Below, in pieces: positions 31,173-44,899 of a DNA stretch of 64,000 nt. The stretch spans positions 186,001 through 250,000 of the forward strand of contig CAXHJY010001738.1 of the NCBI GenBank assembly GCA_964016885.1, read 5' to 3'. Made by a program: the position numbers and the translations under genes. This DNA comes from Eledone cirrhosa (taxonomy: Eukaryota). Numbering within the stretch: the stretch's first letter is position 1; each line of letters opens with the position of its first letter. The notes under the pieces are model-generated. The model ran no database searches, was not told the DNA's origin, and was given only the letters and a program-made list of their open reading frames with translations.

Positions 31173-33822
31173 TTTGAGTCTCAGTCATTGATGTTAGTTA
31201 ACTGGAAAGTTTGTTGAAATGAATATCAAGCCACTACCTGCAGCCTCAGATATTCGGGACGTATCGGAGGGTTCTTGCTGTTCTCAGTAAGCATGCCTTT
31301 TGAAGCGTTCCAAAAAGCGTGAAGGGGCCAATTTTCTTTAACCATCCCTGGAAACTTTTTGAGATAGTACCCAGTGCGCCTATGACAATCGGGATCACTT
31401 TGACTTCATGGCAGTTCCAAATCCTTTTTACCTCCCACTTTAAGTCCTGGTATCGGTTAATTTTCTCCCTCTCCTTCTCTTGCACTCTCGTGTCGAATGG
31501 GCATCCACAATCAGGCACGATCTTTTTTCTTTGTCCAAAACCACCAGGTCAGGTCTATTGTGTTCCAGTTTCTTGTCCGTCTGTATCCTAAAATCCCACA
31601 GCACCTTCACCTGATCGTTTTCTATCACCGCCTCTGGCTTATGCTCATACCACTTCTCAGAATATGGTAAATTGTTTACTTTGCATAGGTGCCAGTGGAT
31701 CACCCTGCCCATCACATCATGTCTCCAGCCCTTATAGTGAGTCTGGGCTAGGTGTTTACACTCGGACACAATGTGAGCCACAGTCTCCTCTCTCTCCCCA
31801 CAGATCCTGCACAGTGGGCTAGCCTCCTCCTTGTAAATGTGGTGTTTCAACCACTTCGTTTTGAGGGCCTGCTCCTGCGCAGCCATTAACATTCCTTCTG
31901 TAGCCTTTTTAAGGTCTCCTCTTTTCAATCAGTTCCATGTCTGTGGATCTCTAAATTCAGTTTTCTCAAAGAAGGTACTATGAAGGGATTTTTCCTGAAG
32001 GCTGCTCTTTCTCCTTGATGTTATTTCCTCCTTGGACATCCCCTGGTCTATTGTCCCCTCCTTCAGTACAGCTCTGAGCATTGGCTCCTTACTATCAGTC
32101 ACGTATTTGTGTAGGTTGTTTTTCTCCATCTGAACACAGTCCTCTATGCTGATAAGACCTCTTCCACCCTCAGATCTCCTTAAGTAGAGTCTATCGACAT
32201 CACTCCTCTTGTGGAACATGTTGTAGATAGTCAATAGCTTCCTAGTCTTCCTATCCATTTCTTTTTGTTCAGCAACATTCCATCTCAGAATTCCCGCACT
32301 GTACCTAATAATAGACACAGCTCGGGAATTTACTGCACTTATGGCATTCCTACTGTTCAGATGTGACTTTAATACGCTCCTTACTCTCCGAAGGTATTCA
32401 GTTCTTATCAATTCCTTCATTTTTTTTGTTCTTGATGTCATCAGCCTCCAGAACGCCCAAATACTTGTATCCTTCTTCAGAGTCAATTTCTTTTATCATC
32501 TCACCTGTTGGTACCTGGATTCCGTTACTTCTGCTCAGCTTACCCCTCCTCATCACAATGACTCCACACTTACTAATGCCAAATTGCATACATATATCAT
32601 TGCTGAAAATACGGACAGTGTCAACAAGCACATCCAACTCCTTCTCACTTTTCCTGAAGAGCTTAAGATCGTCCACAAAGAGGAGGTGATTGATGGTAAG
32701 CCCTCCCTTTGCCAACCTGTATCCTGCTCTCACTTTTCGCAGTACACTGGTCAGGGACATCAGGGCAAGGACAAACAACAGAGGGGACAGACTATCTCCC
32801 TGGAAGATACCTCTCTTGATCTTCACGCTTCCCAAGGGTTCTCCAGTTGATGTTAACTCTGTTTCCCTGGACTTCATACTTTTGCCCAACAACTGCCTGA
32901 TGTTATCTGCCACCTTGAAGATCTCCAGGCTTTTGGTGATCCAAGAATGAGGCACCATGTCAAATGCCTTTTTGTAGTCTATCCATCCCATGGCAAGACC
33001 AGTGTGTCTCCTCTTGCAATTCCTCATTACCATCTTATCAATAAGTAACTGGTCCTTTGTACCACGTGACTTCTTTCGGCATCCTTTCTGTTCGTCCGGT
33101 AACAAGTTGTTTGTGTGGAGGTGATGGTAGATTTCCTCAGACATAATGCTTGTCAACAGTTTCCACATTACGGACAGACATGTGATAAGTCTATAGTTGG
33201 TAACATCATTACCCTTGATTCGGTCTTTCATTATCAGAACTGTGGTACCTTTTGTCAACCACTCTGGTACCTCACCTGACATCAAGCAGTCATTGAACAT
33301 GGTTGTCAGTTTCGGGTGGAGGGATGTTATGTTTTTAATCCAATATCCCTGCACACCATCTGGACCAGGTGATTTCCAGTTGGTTAGTTTTTTGGCCTGC
33401 CCCTTAAGAGTTTCAACTGTGATACTCAAATCAGTTTGTTGGCGTGCCTGTTCACTGATCTCCTTCTGTACTGTCTCAATCCACACTGCCTGGTCATTAT
33501 GTTTAACATCCTGCTCCCATATTCCTCTCCAGAATGTTTTAGTTTGTTGCGCCTCAGGGATCAAGTCGTTGCCTCTTTCTTTCCCTTCAAGCTGTCCAAA
33601 CAGCATCTTCTGGTTGTTGTCGAACATGCGGTTCTGTCTATACTGGCTGACTCTGTTCTCGTATCGCCTGATTTTTGCACTTTTTGCTACAATGCGTTGC
33701 TTCAGTTCCTCTATGATAATATTTAGCTTTTTCCTCCTAGTTTTGTACTTTATTTCCAGTCTATTTTTAGTGTCTATGTTTTTTAGTGTCCCATTCAGTA
33801 GGGACTCAAGCTTTCCAATGTC
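31171..33822 (-). mobile_element. R4/Dong-clade RLE element, 5'-truncated, inserted in (TTA)n
   Basis: GIFQGDSLSPLLF, FVDDLKLF, CRICGEREETVAHIVSEC, NRPDLVV; (ATT)n on both sides. Confidence 0.92.
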
Positions 33823-33823
33823 A

Positions 33824-33898
<75 letters not shown>

Positions 33899-33964
33899 GG
33901 TTCTAAATGGTCCTGGAGTGAACACAAAATATATTTGAAAGCGAACAGTCATAATCCTTTCGAG

Positions 33965-34028
33965 ATGTCATCTCTGATCCAGCTGGCCTGTACCTTGGGT
34001 TTCATGGTGACACTCTACGTCAGAACAG
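33965..34028 (+). CDS. Ly6/uPAR (three-finger, quiver/sleepless-like) protein, coding exon 1 (signal peptide)
   Basis: ATG 33965 encodes MSSLIQLACTLGFMVTLYVRT+G, a hydrophobic signal-like stretch, followed by the donor AG|GTGAGT. Phase 1 joins in frame to 52869. A possible acceptor TAG at 33897-33899 would make 33900-33964 5'UTR. Confidence 0.75.
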
Positions 34029-34084
34029 GTGAGTATTAATGTGGAATATATTGCAATTTCTCCTGCGGGTATTTTATTTCTGAT

Positions 34085-34086
34085 AT

Positions 34087-34121
<35 letters not shown>

Positions 34122-35462
34122 TTGCTGCTGATGTTGCTGATGTTGCTGTTATTGCTGATGTTGCTGTTACTGCTGATGTTGCTGTTACTGCTGATGTTGC
34201 TGTTACTGCTGCTGTTGCTGTTACTGCTGATGTTACTGTTACTGCTGATGTTGCTGTTGCTGCTGATGTTGCTGTTACTGCTGATGTTGCTGTTACTGCT
34301 GATGTTGCTGTTACTGCTGATGTTGCTGTTATTGCTGTTGTTGTTGTTATTACTGCTGATGATGCTTCTGTTGCTGCTGATGTTGCTGATGTGTCTTTCT
34401 TGGCTGTTATTATCAGCAGCAACATCAGCAACAGCAACAACATCAGTAGCAGCAGCAGAATAATAACCATTCTTTTTCTCACCACCATCATTACTATTTA
34501 CTCATCATCAACACCACCACATCGTCATTATCATCATCATCATCAACATTATCATTAGAAACACCAACACTACTACCACCAGCACCATCATCACCCCCAC
34601 CACCACCATCAACAACAACAACAACACCATCATCATAATTACCACCACCAACAACAACAACAACATCACTAACAACAGCGACACCACCATAATTACTAAC
34701 AACAACAACAACAAGACCAGCACCACCACCATCATCATCACCAACACCAACACCAACAACAACAACATCACCATGATCACCACCACCAACACCAACACCA
34801 ACACCACCACCACCAACAACAACAACAACAACACCATCCTCACCACCATCATCATCAACAGAGTAATGACCTCACCAGTTAACTATTTCCAGGTGCTGAC
34901 GACCGTCAACGACGTAAGCGACCCATCAGGCCTTTACTTTTGTTATTGTTGTAGCGCATGACTTCCCACCCACCTACACACACCACACCCCACACATATA
35001 TACCTACTCACCCCGACCACCCCCACCAGACCACCTACACCCCCTTCTTCCCTGACACTCTGTATTTCTCTATATTTTCTTTCTTTCACTTTTGACATCA
35101 AATCATCACCAACATTGTTATCATCATCATCGTCAATATCATCATCATCACCATACTTATCGTCATCGTTGTTGTTTTCGATGTCGTCGATGTTCCTTCC
35201 TTCGCCACCACCACCACCACCACCACCACCATCGCCACCACCACCACCACCACCACCACCACCACACCACCACCACCACCACACCACCACCACCACCACC
35301 ACACCACCACCACCACCACACCACCACCAACACCACCACACCACCACCACCACCACCACACCACCACCACCACACCACCACCACCACCACCACCACCACC
35401 ACCACCACCACCACCACCACCACCACCACCACACCACCACCACCACCACCACCACCACCTCC

Positions 35463-35493
<31 letters not shown>

Positions 35494-36085
35494 CCACCAC
35501 CTCCACCACCACCACCACTATCGCCACCACCATCACCACCACCACTATCATCACCACCACCACCACCACCACCACCACCACCACCACCACACCACCACCA
35601 CCACCACCACCACCACCACCACACCACCACCACCACCTCCACCACCACCACCACCACCACCACCACACCACCACCACCACCACCACCACCTCCACCACCA
35701 CCACCACCACCACCACCTCCACCACCACCACCACCACCACCACCTCCACCACCACCACCACCACCACCACCACCACCACCACCACCACCACACCACCACC
35801 ACCACCACCACCACCACCACCTCCACCAGCACCACCACCACCACCACCACTATCGCCACCACCATCACCACCACCACTATCATCACCACCACCACCACCA
35901 CCACCACCACCACCACCACCACCACCACCACCACCACCACCACCACACCACCACCACCACCACCACCACCACCACCACCACCACCACCACCACACCACCA
36001 CCACCACCACCACCACCACCACCACCACCACCACCACCACACCACCACCACCACCACCTCCACCACCACCACCACCACCACCACT
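34085..36085. repeat. Compound trinucleotide microsatellite block: (TGC/TGT/TGA)n, (CAA/CAT)n and about 880 bp of (CCA)n
   Basis: Direct reading; lies in intron 1 of the Ly6 gene. Confidence 0.95.
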
Positions 36086-36179
36086 ATTATCCTTATCCTT
36101 TCATCTCTAATATTCTCTCCCAATCTGTCAGTCGTTGTCTCTCTCTTTCTCTCCTTTTTATTACATATATATATCTGTT

Positions 36180-36346
36180 TGAGGAGCTCTCCATTCCAGA
36201 GTCAGGAACGAACATTATTCGATCCTTTCTCGAGCTGATCGGCAGTGAAACATATGTAATTGCATATTACATATGTTTCACTGCCGATCAGCTCGAGAAA
36301 GGATCGAATAATGTTCGTTCCTGACTCTGGAATCGAGAGCTCCTCA
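36180..36346. repeat. Near-perfect fold-back with arms of about 81 bp, formed from an extended-stem-II hammerhead
   Basis: Loop TGCAT at 36261-36265. Minus strand reads TATGT-CTGAGGA-GCT..AGT-GAAA-CATATG-TA-ATATG. Confidence 0.85.
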
Positions 36347-36380
36347 GACATATATATGATGCAACACTGATTCTTTGTTC

Positions 36381-36449
<69 letters not shown>

Positions 36450-36452
<3 letters not shown>

Positions 36453-39377
36453 AAAGTTATATTTAAATTGTTGGGTTGCAACTAGTAAATATTTATAACT
36501 GATATAAAAGCATTCAACAAGTATTTGGAGTATATTTACGATATTAAATAAATGGAAACTATATTTATAAAACCATATTTATTTCATTATATATATTTCA
36601 GGGATATCATATTAACAATATGCTATGCTTTCCTCAGACAAAATACAATATAGACAGTTTTATAGATAAATAGATTTGACATACCGTTCAACATCGACTT
36701 GTATTTGAAAAAGTTGATTTGGCAGTGAAAAAATTGTAAACAGAAAGAAAGAAAGAGAGAAAGAAGGAAAGAAAGAAAAGAAAGAAAGAAAACGAAGAAA
36801 AAGAAGAAAAAGAAGAAATGCATGCAACAAAATAGAGAGATGGAAAGATAGATAAAGAGAAGAACTTCATGTAAAGAAACAGAGAGAGATATATATAGAG
36901 AGAGGAAATAGATAGAGATAGATATATATAGAGAAAAGTATGTAGTTGGACATCCGTTGAATAAACGTATCAATGATACATTTATTTATTTATTTATTTA
37001 TTTAGCTCTAGTATTAATGTAAGGGAGATATATGTGGTTAGGAGTGAAACCAGCTGTTAAATAGAGAGAAAAATGAAAAGTAACCAGACATATGCGAGGC
37101 ATAAAAACCCTATGTTTTAATGTAGAAGTATTAGTACGTATAAAAACCAGGCACTATAATGTAAATATCAATATTCCTGAATGAGACACGTATCCATAAT
37201 GTGTGAAAAGTAATGATCTTATGTTTAGTTTTAAAAATTCATATGTTTATATGATAACTACAAACATCGATGTGAATTTACGTGATCAACTCTGCAAACC
37301 CCTATTTCACACGGAGAACATTCTCATTGTGCTATAAAAATTTAAGTATACATATATGTGTATATATATACACATATATATAGAGTCTATATTAATTTTA
37401 ACAATACTATTCTTGTCTTTACTCTACATGATTATCTATCAAGCAGAAATAGAGAACAGATTTCAATATATTAATAAAAAATATCAGAAACAAAAACAAA
37501 AAATAATAATAATAATTGTTTCTACGTTTGGCACAAGGCCAGCAATTACCCAGTACATTACTGGTACTTTATTTTATCGACCCCGTAAGGATGAAAGGCA
37601 AAGTTAACCTCGGCGGGATTTGAACTCAGAATGGCAAGGGCCGTAACGGCCCTTGCCATTCTGAGTTCAAATCTATGCTCCCAATCTATTGAATAAATTT
37701 TACGCTTGATAAACTTCTATACTAAATATAAGAGCATCCGTAGAACTACAGGGTCTCCTAAATCATTTAAATGATTTCTGCTAAATAAGTTTTGTTGAAT
37801 AATTTTTGGTTTTTTTGTTTGCTTTTTGATTCTGATTGCTTCTAATGAACTTGGCAATATATTGTCAGATAAATTGGAAGGGTAGATTTCTGTGGTTGAT
37901 ATGGGGTGCATACTGTGTTTTTTACAGCCCGAGATACTCTAGGGAGTGATGAAAATATTTTTAACGTTTTTATATCTCTGTGCCGATATATTGATATCTG
38001 GTTGTCTCTGTACAAAGGCCATATGTATTAATATGCATATGGAATGATTACAGAGTATATTTTATTTTATCTGTTTATTTTATCTGTCCATGTACATATA
38101 TGTGTGCATACATATATATATATATATGTATGTGTGGGTATAGTTCTGGATATGTTACAGATATGCATAATATTCTATACATGAACGATAATCATGTATG
38201 TGAGGGCAAGAATATTAATATATATATATTTTTTTTTTCTTATGTATATATATAGTAAAATCTTTTATAACACAAGGGAAAAGAATTTTTTTTCTGTGAA
38301 ACAAGAAATTACAGAGTTGATCACGTAAGATCATGGGTATGTCTATAGTATCAACTAGAACTTGAGATGACCTTCTCTTTTTCTCTTTCTTTCCTTTTCC
38401 GGAAAGTGCATATGCATGTGTATGTATATACTTATATATTTCCGTATTTTTTGAAGTTTTATCTCAGTTTTGGTACATCGACCTCAGAATTTTAAGCTAA
38501 ACATATGGTCATTATTTTTCACACATTATATATCTATGTCTCATTCATGAATATTGATATTTACATTATATTACCCAATTCATATGAATTGATAATTCAA
38601 ATTGATAGGACATAACGTAAAGATGTAAATCTATCATCCCTCTCTCTAGATATAGCTCTTTCTTCTCCTCCCTCTTTATATATGATGAAGTCTATGTATC
38701 AGTTATTTTAAACTTTGCCTCTCGAGTTTCTCTCTTATTTCTCTCTTATTTCTCTCCTATTTCTCTCACCTCCCCATATATAATTATTATTATTTGGTCT
38801 ACCTCTTTTTCCCCCCACCTCTATCTTTCTCTCTCTCTGTTTTCTCTTCATTTTTTTATTTCTCTCCGTCTCCTCCCCAACTGTCCTTAACACTATAACT
38901 AAATAATTACAGTACTCCCTCCCTCCTTAATCTCTCAATTTGTATGATGAATTATTATTATTCATCTGTTGCCTCAGCTGCCTCTCTTTTTTCACCTCCT
39001 CACTATTTCTCCCTCCCCTATCTCTCTCTATCTCTCTCTGTTTTTCTTTACATACATTTCTTCTTTTTAACTGTGCTTAACACTAAATATTTACAAACAT
39101 CTCACTACCAAACCAGCTTCTTACATAAAGGTTGCTCAATATTTATGATACGTCAAAATTATTTATAAAACTGTTTATATATTGTATTTTATCTGAAGAA
39201 GGCATGCCATATTTTTAATATGGTATCCCCGAAATATGTATAATGAAATAAATATGGTTTTATAAATATAGTTTCCATTTGTTTAATATCGTATATCTAC
39301 TCCAAAACTTGTCGAGTGCTTTATATCAGTTATAAAATATTTACTTGTTGTAACCCAACAATCTTAAATAAAACTTT

Positions 39378-39382
<5 letters not shown>
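36450..39382. mobile_element. Two diverged family-A-related non-coding PLE ends in inverted orientation; HHRs at 36580-36645 (-) and 39185-39250 (+)
   Basis: Both ends are homologous to 12310-12567. Internal inverted similarity between about 37155-37340 and 38260-38570. Cores CTGAGGA and CTGAAGA..GAAA-TAT(A/G)TA-TA-ATGAAATA. Confidence 0.75.
37513..37673 (-). mobile_element. tRNA-derived SINE, 5'-truncated with terminal hairpin
   Basis: Reverse complement of the SINE body; arms 37617-37644 and 37646-37673. Confidence 0.85.
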
Positions 39383-39439
<57 letters not shown>

Positions 39440-39713
39440 CACTTTAATACATGAATACACTTACATCTAACTATACACATCAAACATATATATATATTTA
39501 CTTATTTATATACATTTTCACATATATATACATACTTATGGACGTTTTTAGACACATTCATTATCGCATTTTTGCACCTATTCTCATCAGCATATCTTTC
39601 CATTATTATTGGTAATTTGAGGTTATTAATATACATATATATGTTGAGATGAGATTGTTTTTATATTTTTCTAACTAGATAGAGGTTTATATAGTTGGGG
39701 GGATGTCCCTCTT

Positions 39714-41310
39714 TTATGTAATATTCGGCTTGTAGCGGGAAAAAAGGGTTTTAGTTCTGTGACGGCAGAATAATGTTCGTTCAATTCTGTTATTCAGCAG
39801 TTTCTTCTTGTGTGTGATTATGTAATAAATCTCAAGATTACACAATTTGCAGAAATTTTGGCTCCTGGAAAAGCTTTGGGTTTTAGCTAATTTCTCCCAT
39901 TTTAGGGTAAACTTTTGATCGCTATCCCTGAGCGTCCAAGCTTTTTCTGCTAAAGTTGTTACATTTCTTTGGCTCTGGTGTTTTATTGAGTAAGAATGCC
40001 TATATAATCGAGATTTAAACGATGTTGCCGTTGATCCCACGTAATACCACTCGTTGCCTCCGGATTTAATGGTACACTTATAAATAATATTTTTTTCCAG
40101 GCAGTTATTGCCGAGGGGGCAGTTGTCAGGATAGGTGCAGTTACAGTTGTGTACGTTGGGTTTTCTCTGGAGTAGTATTGCGGACGAACTTAGGTGTGGT
40201 TTATTTATGTTCTGTAGTGTATTGTCTACTGTTTTTTTTTTGTGTTTTCGTTTAACCTTCTAGTATTGATCTTTTTTATGTGTTGTTCAAGGTTTAACGC
40301 TGTAGAGTATGACAGTCTTATAGTGGTAGGGTTTATGATTTTGTGGTATTTGTGTGATGTAGGAAAATGTCTCTTAATTATTTTAAAGAAGAGTACTGGT
40401 AACTTTGTACTAATGGAACTATTGTATTCGGGGTTATACCATAAGTACTCTTTGCATCGCTTTCTATTAGTTTTGTTTGTTGGTTTACTGGTGTGCATAC
40501 TATGGTAGTAAGTGTGGTTTGGTGTTGTGTTATTATATCTACCTATGTGGGATTTATTTTGGGTGTTTTGATTGTTCCCATCTATATACTCTATTTTGTT
40601 GAGGTAGCCTGCTTTACTAAGGGCGTTATCGTAGTACTCGGCGTGTTCCTTAAATACTTGTATGTTAGAAGATAGACCCGAGATTCTAAGGGAAATATTT
40701 TTAGGGATAGATTTAATTATAGAGATGGGGTGGTTAGACCCAACATTTACGTATTTGAGATTTTCATTCAATTTATGAAACGGTTTAATCAGACCAGAGT
40801 TTAAATTGAGTGTGACATCCAGGAAGTTAACTACTTTAAGGTTGTATGTTATAGTTAGTCCTATTTCGAGTAGTAGTTTTCTTATATCTTTGCGTAGTTT
40901 TTCTAGTTTTTGGTTATTTAGGTTTTTAACTAGGAGGAGAACATCGTCGCGGTATATTCCGCCGTGGAGATTGCTGAATTTTTCCTGGAGTCTAAAGGCG
41001 ATAAATAACCCCACAATATCAGTTATTTCCGCCGAATCGTTAGAGCCCATTGTTATGTCAAAGTTAGAGGGTCTATCTTTACGTACCCAATAACTGTTCT
41101 CAAATTTGACTATAGTTTTCCTAGCTTCTAATATAATCTTAATTTCGTCGTTTGTAAGGTCAGAGTTATCCTTAGCAAACTTAATGGCTCTATTCAAAGT
41201 TTCAGGTGATATCGATGAGTAATATTCATCGATATCAAACTGGATAAACTTAGATTTATTCTTATTGCTAATGCTATTAAACCATCTTATTGCTTCTTGG
41301 GTCTTCCCCC
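39714..41310 (-). mobile_element. Naiad-type PLE, 5'-truncated (RT + GIY-YIG)
   Basis: FDITMGSNDSAEITDIVGL, GGIYRDD, NCNC..CPLGNNCL..IIYKC, YVGST..FKSRLYRH, CKLC, CRH. Confidence 0.92.
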
Positions 41311-41435
41311 ATATATATATATTTATATATATATATATATATAGGTAACAAAGAATCAGTGTTGCATCATATAGATTCCTGATGATTTCTAAAGAATGAA
41401 ACAGTTCTAGTCCTGTAGAATCTCATCTATATTAA

Positions 41436-41504
<69 letters not shown>

Positions 41505-41509
<5 letters not shown>

Positions 41510-41692
41510 GTTTCTACTTTAGGCACAAGGCCAGCAATTACCCAGTGCATTACTGGTACTTTATTTTATCGACCCCGTAAGGATGAAAGGCAAAGTCAAC
41601 CTCGGCGGGATTTGAACTCAGATCGTAAAGGGACGTAACTATGCTGGAAAGCATGGCGTCCGACCCTCCACCGATACTGCCAATCCACCGCC
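41505..41692 (-). mobile_element. tRNA-derived SINE
   Basis: Reverse complement of 18107-18297. Confidence 0.85.
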
Positions 41693-41704
41693 CTATATAT
41701 ATAT

Positions 41705-44252
41705 AATATAAGATCAAAAGATGGTTAAAAGAGTTCCAAGTATTTTATTATGCGCATTTCAAAAACTAATATCATCATGGGATGATATCTGCTTTTTCAT
41801 CAGATAAAATAGGGATACATGATATGAAGCTTAAAAAACACTTGTGAATAGTGAAGTTTTAAATCAACATATGAAAAATAATTTAAGATTGATGTATGAG
41901 ATTGGGAAAAAGTGAGAGGGGTTTGGAAAAGGTAAGGAAGAGGAAGAGATGAGAGTAAAGGATGGTGGGGGAGGAGTATAAGAAGGAAGGATGAGAGAGG
42001 AGGAGAGATGGGTGATAGAGAGAGAGATAACCTTTACAACTGAGAAAAATATATATTGTCTCACAGAGAGAAGTTCAAAGGCCGTTGGAAGATAATAGAT
42101 AATTTAAAAGAATTTGAAATTAAAAGTTAATGAGGTTTATGCATGAAGAGAAAAAGGGATTAAGAATAATATTAAATTAAGGTTTGTATATTGAAGGGTT
42201 TAATAATATGTGCGAGTACAAGAAATGATTAATATGTATTATTAAAATAAAAATATTAATGTTATTAAGGATATAATGTGAAAAGAAGTAGAAGAATGAA
42301 TGAGTTATGAATTTAGAGGAATTAGTTAGTGTTTAAGTTTGTTTTTATGTAATGTAATATGTGTGCGTAATATATGTACGTAAATAATTTGTTTAAAAAT
42401 GAGCGCAGAAAGCAAAGAAGAAAAGAATGTTTAAGGAAGAAAATATCTAACATCAAAAAATATATATGTTTACGAAATATTTTCTAATGGTAATAATATA
42501 ATATATTAAAAGAAATTAGTTTGGGTTTAAGTTTGTTTTTATGTATTGTAATATGTAAAAGTCAAGTGAGCATGAAAGGATGAGATAAGGAACTTAAGGA
42601 AGAAAAATCTAACGTCAAAAAAAATGTTTATGTTTACGAAGGACTATTAAAGTTAATACTATAATGTATTAAAAAAATAATAATTTTTATGGCCAATGAT
42701 ATGAGGAAAGATGAAAGAATGGATAATGTTGTGGTGAGTAATAAGAAGAATTGAGAAGTAGTTAGGAAGAACGGTACAGATTAGAGGTTAGAAATTAAAA
42801 AGAAAAGAGGAAGAAAGGAAAGTGATAAAGAGGAATGATATAGAATGAGTAACTTGTATTATATAATATATAATAAATAATATTGAAATAAGGTAGAAAG
42901 ATGGGTATATTTTTGAATGATATATACTAGTTTAAAAAGGATTTTAAACTAGTAAGGTATTAGATATTAGCTGTATACTTTATGGAATGTTCTGTGGAAT
43001 TTATGCAAGCAGAGAGAAAATAAATCAGTGCGTCTATTTATTATGGAATTGAAATTAGATATAATGATAAATTTCTCAGCTAGGCAAAGATTACATGTTC
43101 TGGATAGGGAGGCATTCAAGTAGGGAGAGGCAGAACAAACTTTTCTCCAAGAGATGTTATAGTTAATATTTTTGTCTTTCAAGGACCATATGAGTTCTGA
43201 GAGTGTCGTGTTAGTTCTTTTAAGTTGGTATTTAAAAGACGAATTGTGATTATAAAATCTAGCTTTGAAGGAGGTAGAAGTGGAACCGAAGTAGGTAAAG
43301 GAATTGGTATCAGTTATAACCTTACATTCATAGACTAAGTTTTTATCAAGACAATGGTTATTGAAGAGGACATTTAGTTATAACAGGGCAATTACAATTG
43401 CGATTAGAGAAATTAACAGAGTTATTAACAAGTGATCTAGTGTTATTTATAGGAGGAATTGGATTGGAGAAGTTATTTACGATAGGAATAATAGTTTCCT
43501 GATTTAGATTGGTATAATGAACATTCAACGAAGTTACGTTTGACGTCGTATTTGAGTTTGCAGAATCTAGCCTAGAGTTAACAATGACGTCGGGAGTACT
43601 ACTGCTATTATTATGACGCTCAGTGTTGGAAGGATGTGATTTAATATTTTATATTTTATTGTTGTGTTTAGAGATAATGTTAGAGATGTTGGAGGAGGTG
43701 GAATAGGAATATTTTATTGTATGTTTGTTAAAGATTTTACTATAGATATGTGAGGGAGGGAAGCATTTATCTAAGGCCCTAAAGAATAGTTTAGGAATAT
43801 TATTATTAATAGAAATAGAGAAAGGAGCATTATACCAGATTATATTTTTGTATCTATGTCTTTTATTTAAGTTATTGGAATGATCATAATTAATTATTTT
43901 ACTGTAAGACCTTCTAGGATTGGTTTCTTTACTGTATTTAATTTTATCAGGATAACCGGCTTTAGAAAGCGCATTATTATAGTAATTGGCGTTAGCATTA
44001 GAGGATAAGTTTGATATTCTTTTTCCAATATTACTGACTATAGCATTTTTAATGTTAGTGGGGTGGTTAGATTTAAAATTAACATAATTTAGATTCTCAT
44101 TGTTTTTATTGTACGGGTAATATAGGCCAGTGTCAAGATTAAGGGATATATCCAAGAATTTGGCTAGTTTGACGTTGCTATCAAATTCAATTTTAAGGTT
44201 ATGTTGCTTAAAGAGATCACGTATATTGTTCTTAATAATATTAAGGTTAACT
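41705..44252 (-). mobile_element. Naiad-type PLE 3' half (RT thumb, GIY-YIG, long 3'UTR, family B terminal repeat)
   Basis: KFLDISLNL..SNHP..IIWYNAPFS, NCNC..KCPL, YFGST, CNLCLAEK, CLH (42967-44252), then a non-coding stretch to the family B repeat. Confidence 0.85.
41741..41811 (-). ncRNA. Minimal type I hammerhead (family B), intact
   Basis: TATTTTAT-CTGATGA-AAAA..TTTT-GAAA-TGCGCA-TA-ATAAAATA. Confidence 0.85.
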
Positions 44253-44259
44253 AAATTGC

Positions 44260-44866
44260 AATGTTGTTGCCTAGGATGACGTGCCGAGTCCGATATGGTG
44301 TCTGATCCCTTGGACCCGCGCTGCCGCTCGGACCGGCGTCCGCTTCCCCGCATGCGTTTAGCTTGGGCTGTCCGGTTGCATCCATGCAGAGAATGTGCAC
44401 CTTCTCTGGTTTCTGCACGTCATGATAATCTCCGATTTCAGGTTGCCGCATCATCCTTCAATCTGACTAATTCCATGGCTTCGGATAGGCATAGCCTACA
44501 CTTCCTGTTTCCAGCCGAATATGCATTTGCATGTTGAACGATAAACGATACTCCAGTTGAGATCATACGGAGTGCCGTTGTCTTTCAAGTCCCATATTAG
44601 GTCCGCCAGCCTAGGGGAGTGTCTCTTGCTCCGGTCTTTGAAAGAGTTTGTGTGATTATACATCCTCTATTTAAAGGTCATGGATGTTGCGCCGATGTAG
44701 GTGCGCTTGGTGTTGTGCGTATTAACCACACATTTATATACTAGGCCCTTCGTTAGGCATCTACCCTGCAGGGGGCAATGTGTGCCCACTCTGCAGTTGC
44801 AAGTTAAGTCATTATGCTGCTCATTTCCAACACTGGACCCTTGGTTTACCACGGCACTCTCCCGTG
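44260..44866 (-). mobile_element. Naiad-type GIY-YIG fragment of a separate family
   Basis: TCNCRVGTHCPLQGRCLTKGLVYKC..YIGAT..MYNHTNSF..LIWDLKD..CRLCLSE. Confidence 0.85.

Positions 44867-44899
<33 letters not shown>

Noticed and set aside
32398-33927. 509-aa ORF with poly-Ile N-terminus as a fusion protein
   Set aside because: Chance read-through from (ATA)n into a 5'-truncated Dong RT.
41374-41412. CTGATGA..GAAA motif as an intact HHR
   Set aside because: Mismatches at the base of stems I and II and no clear stem III; degenerate.
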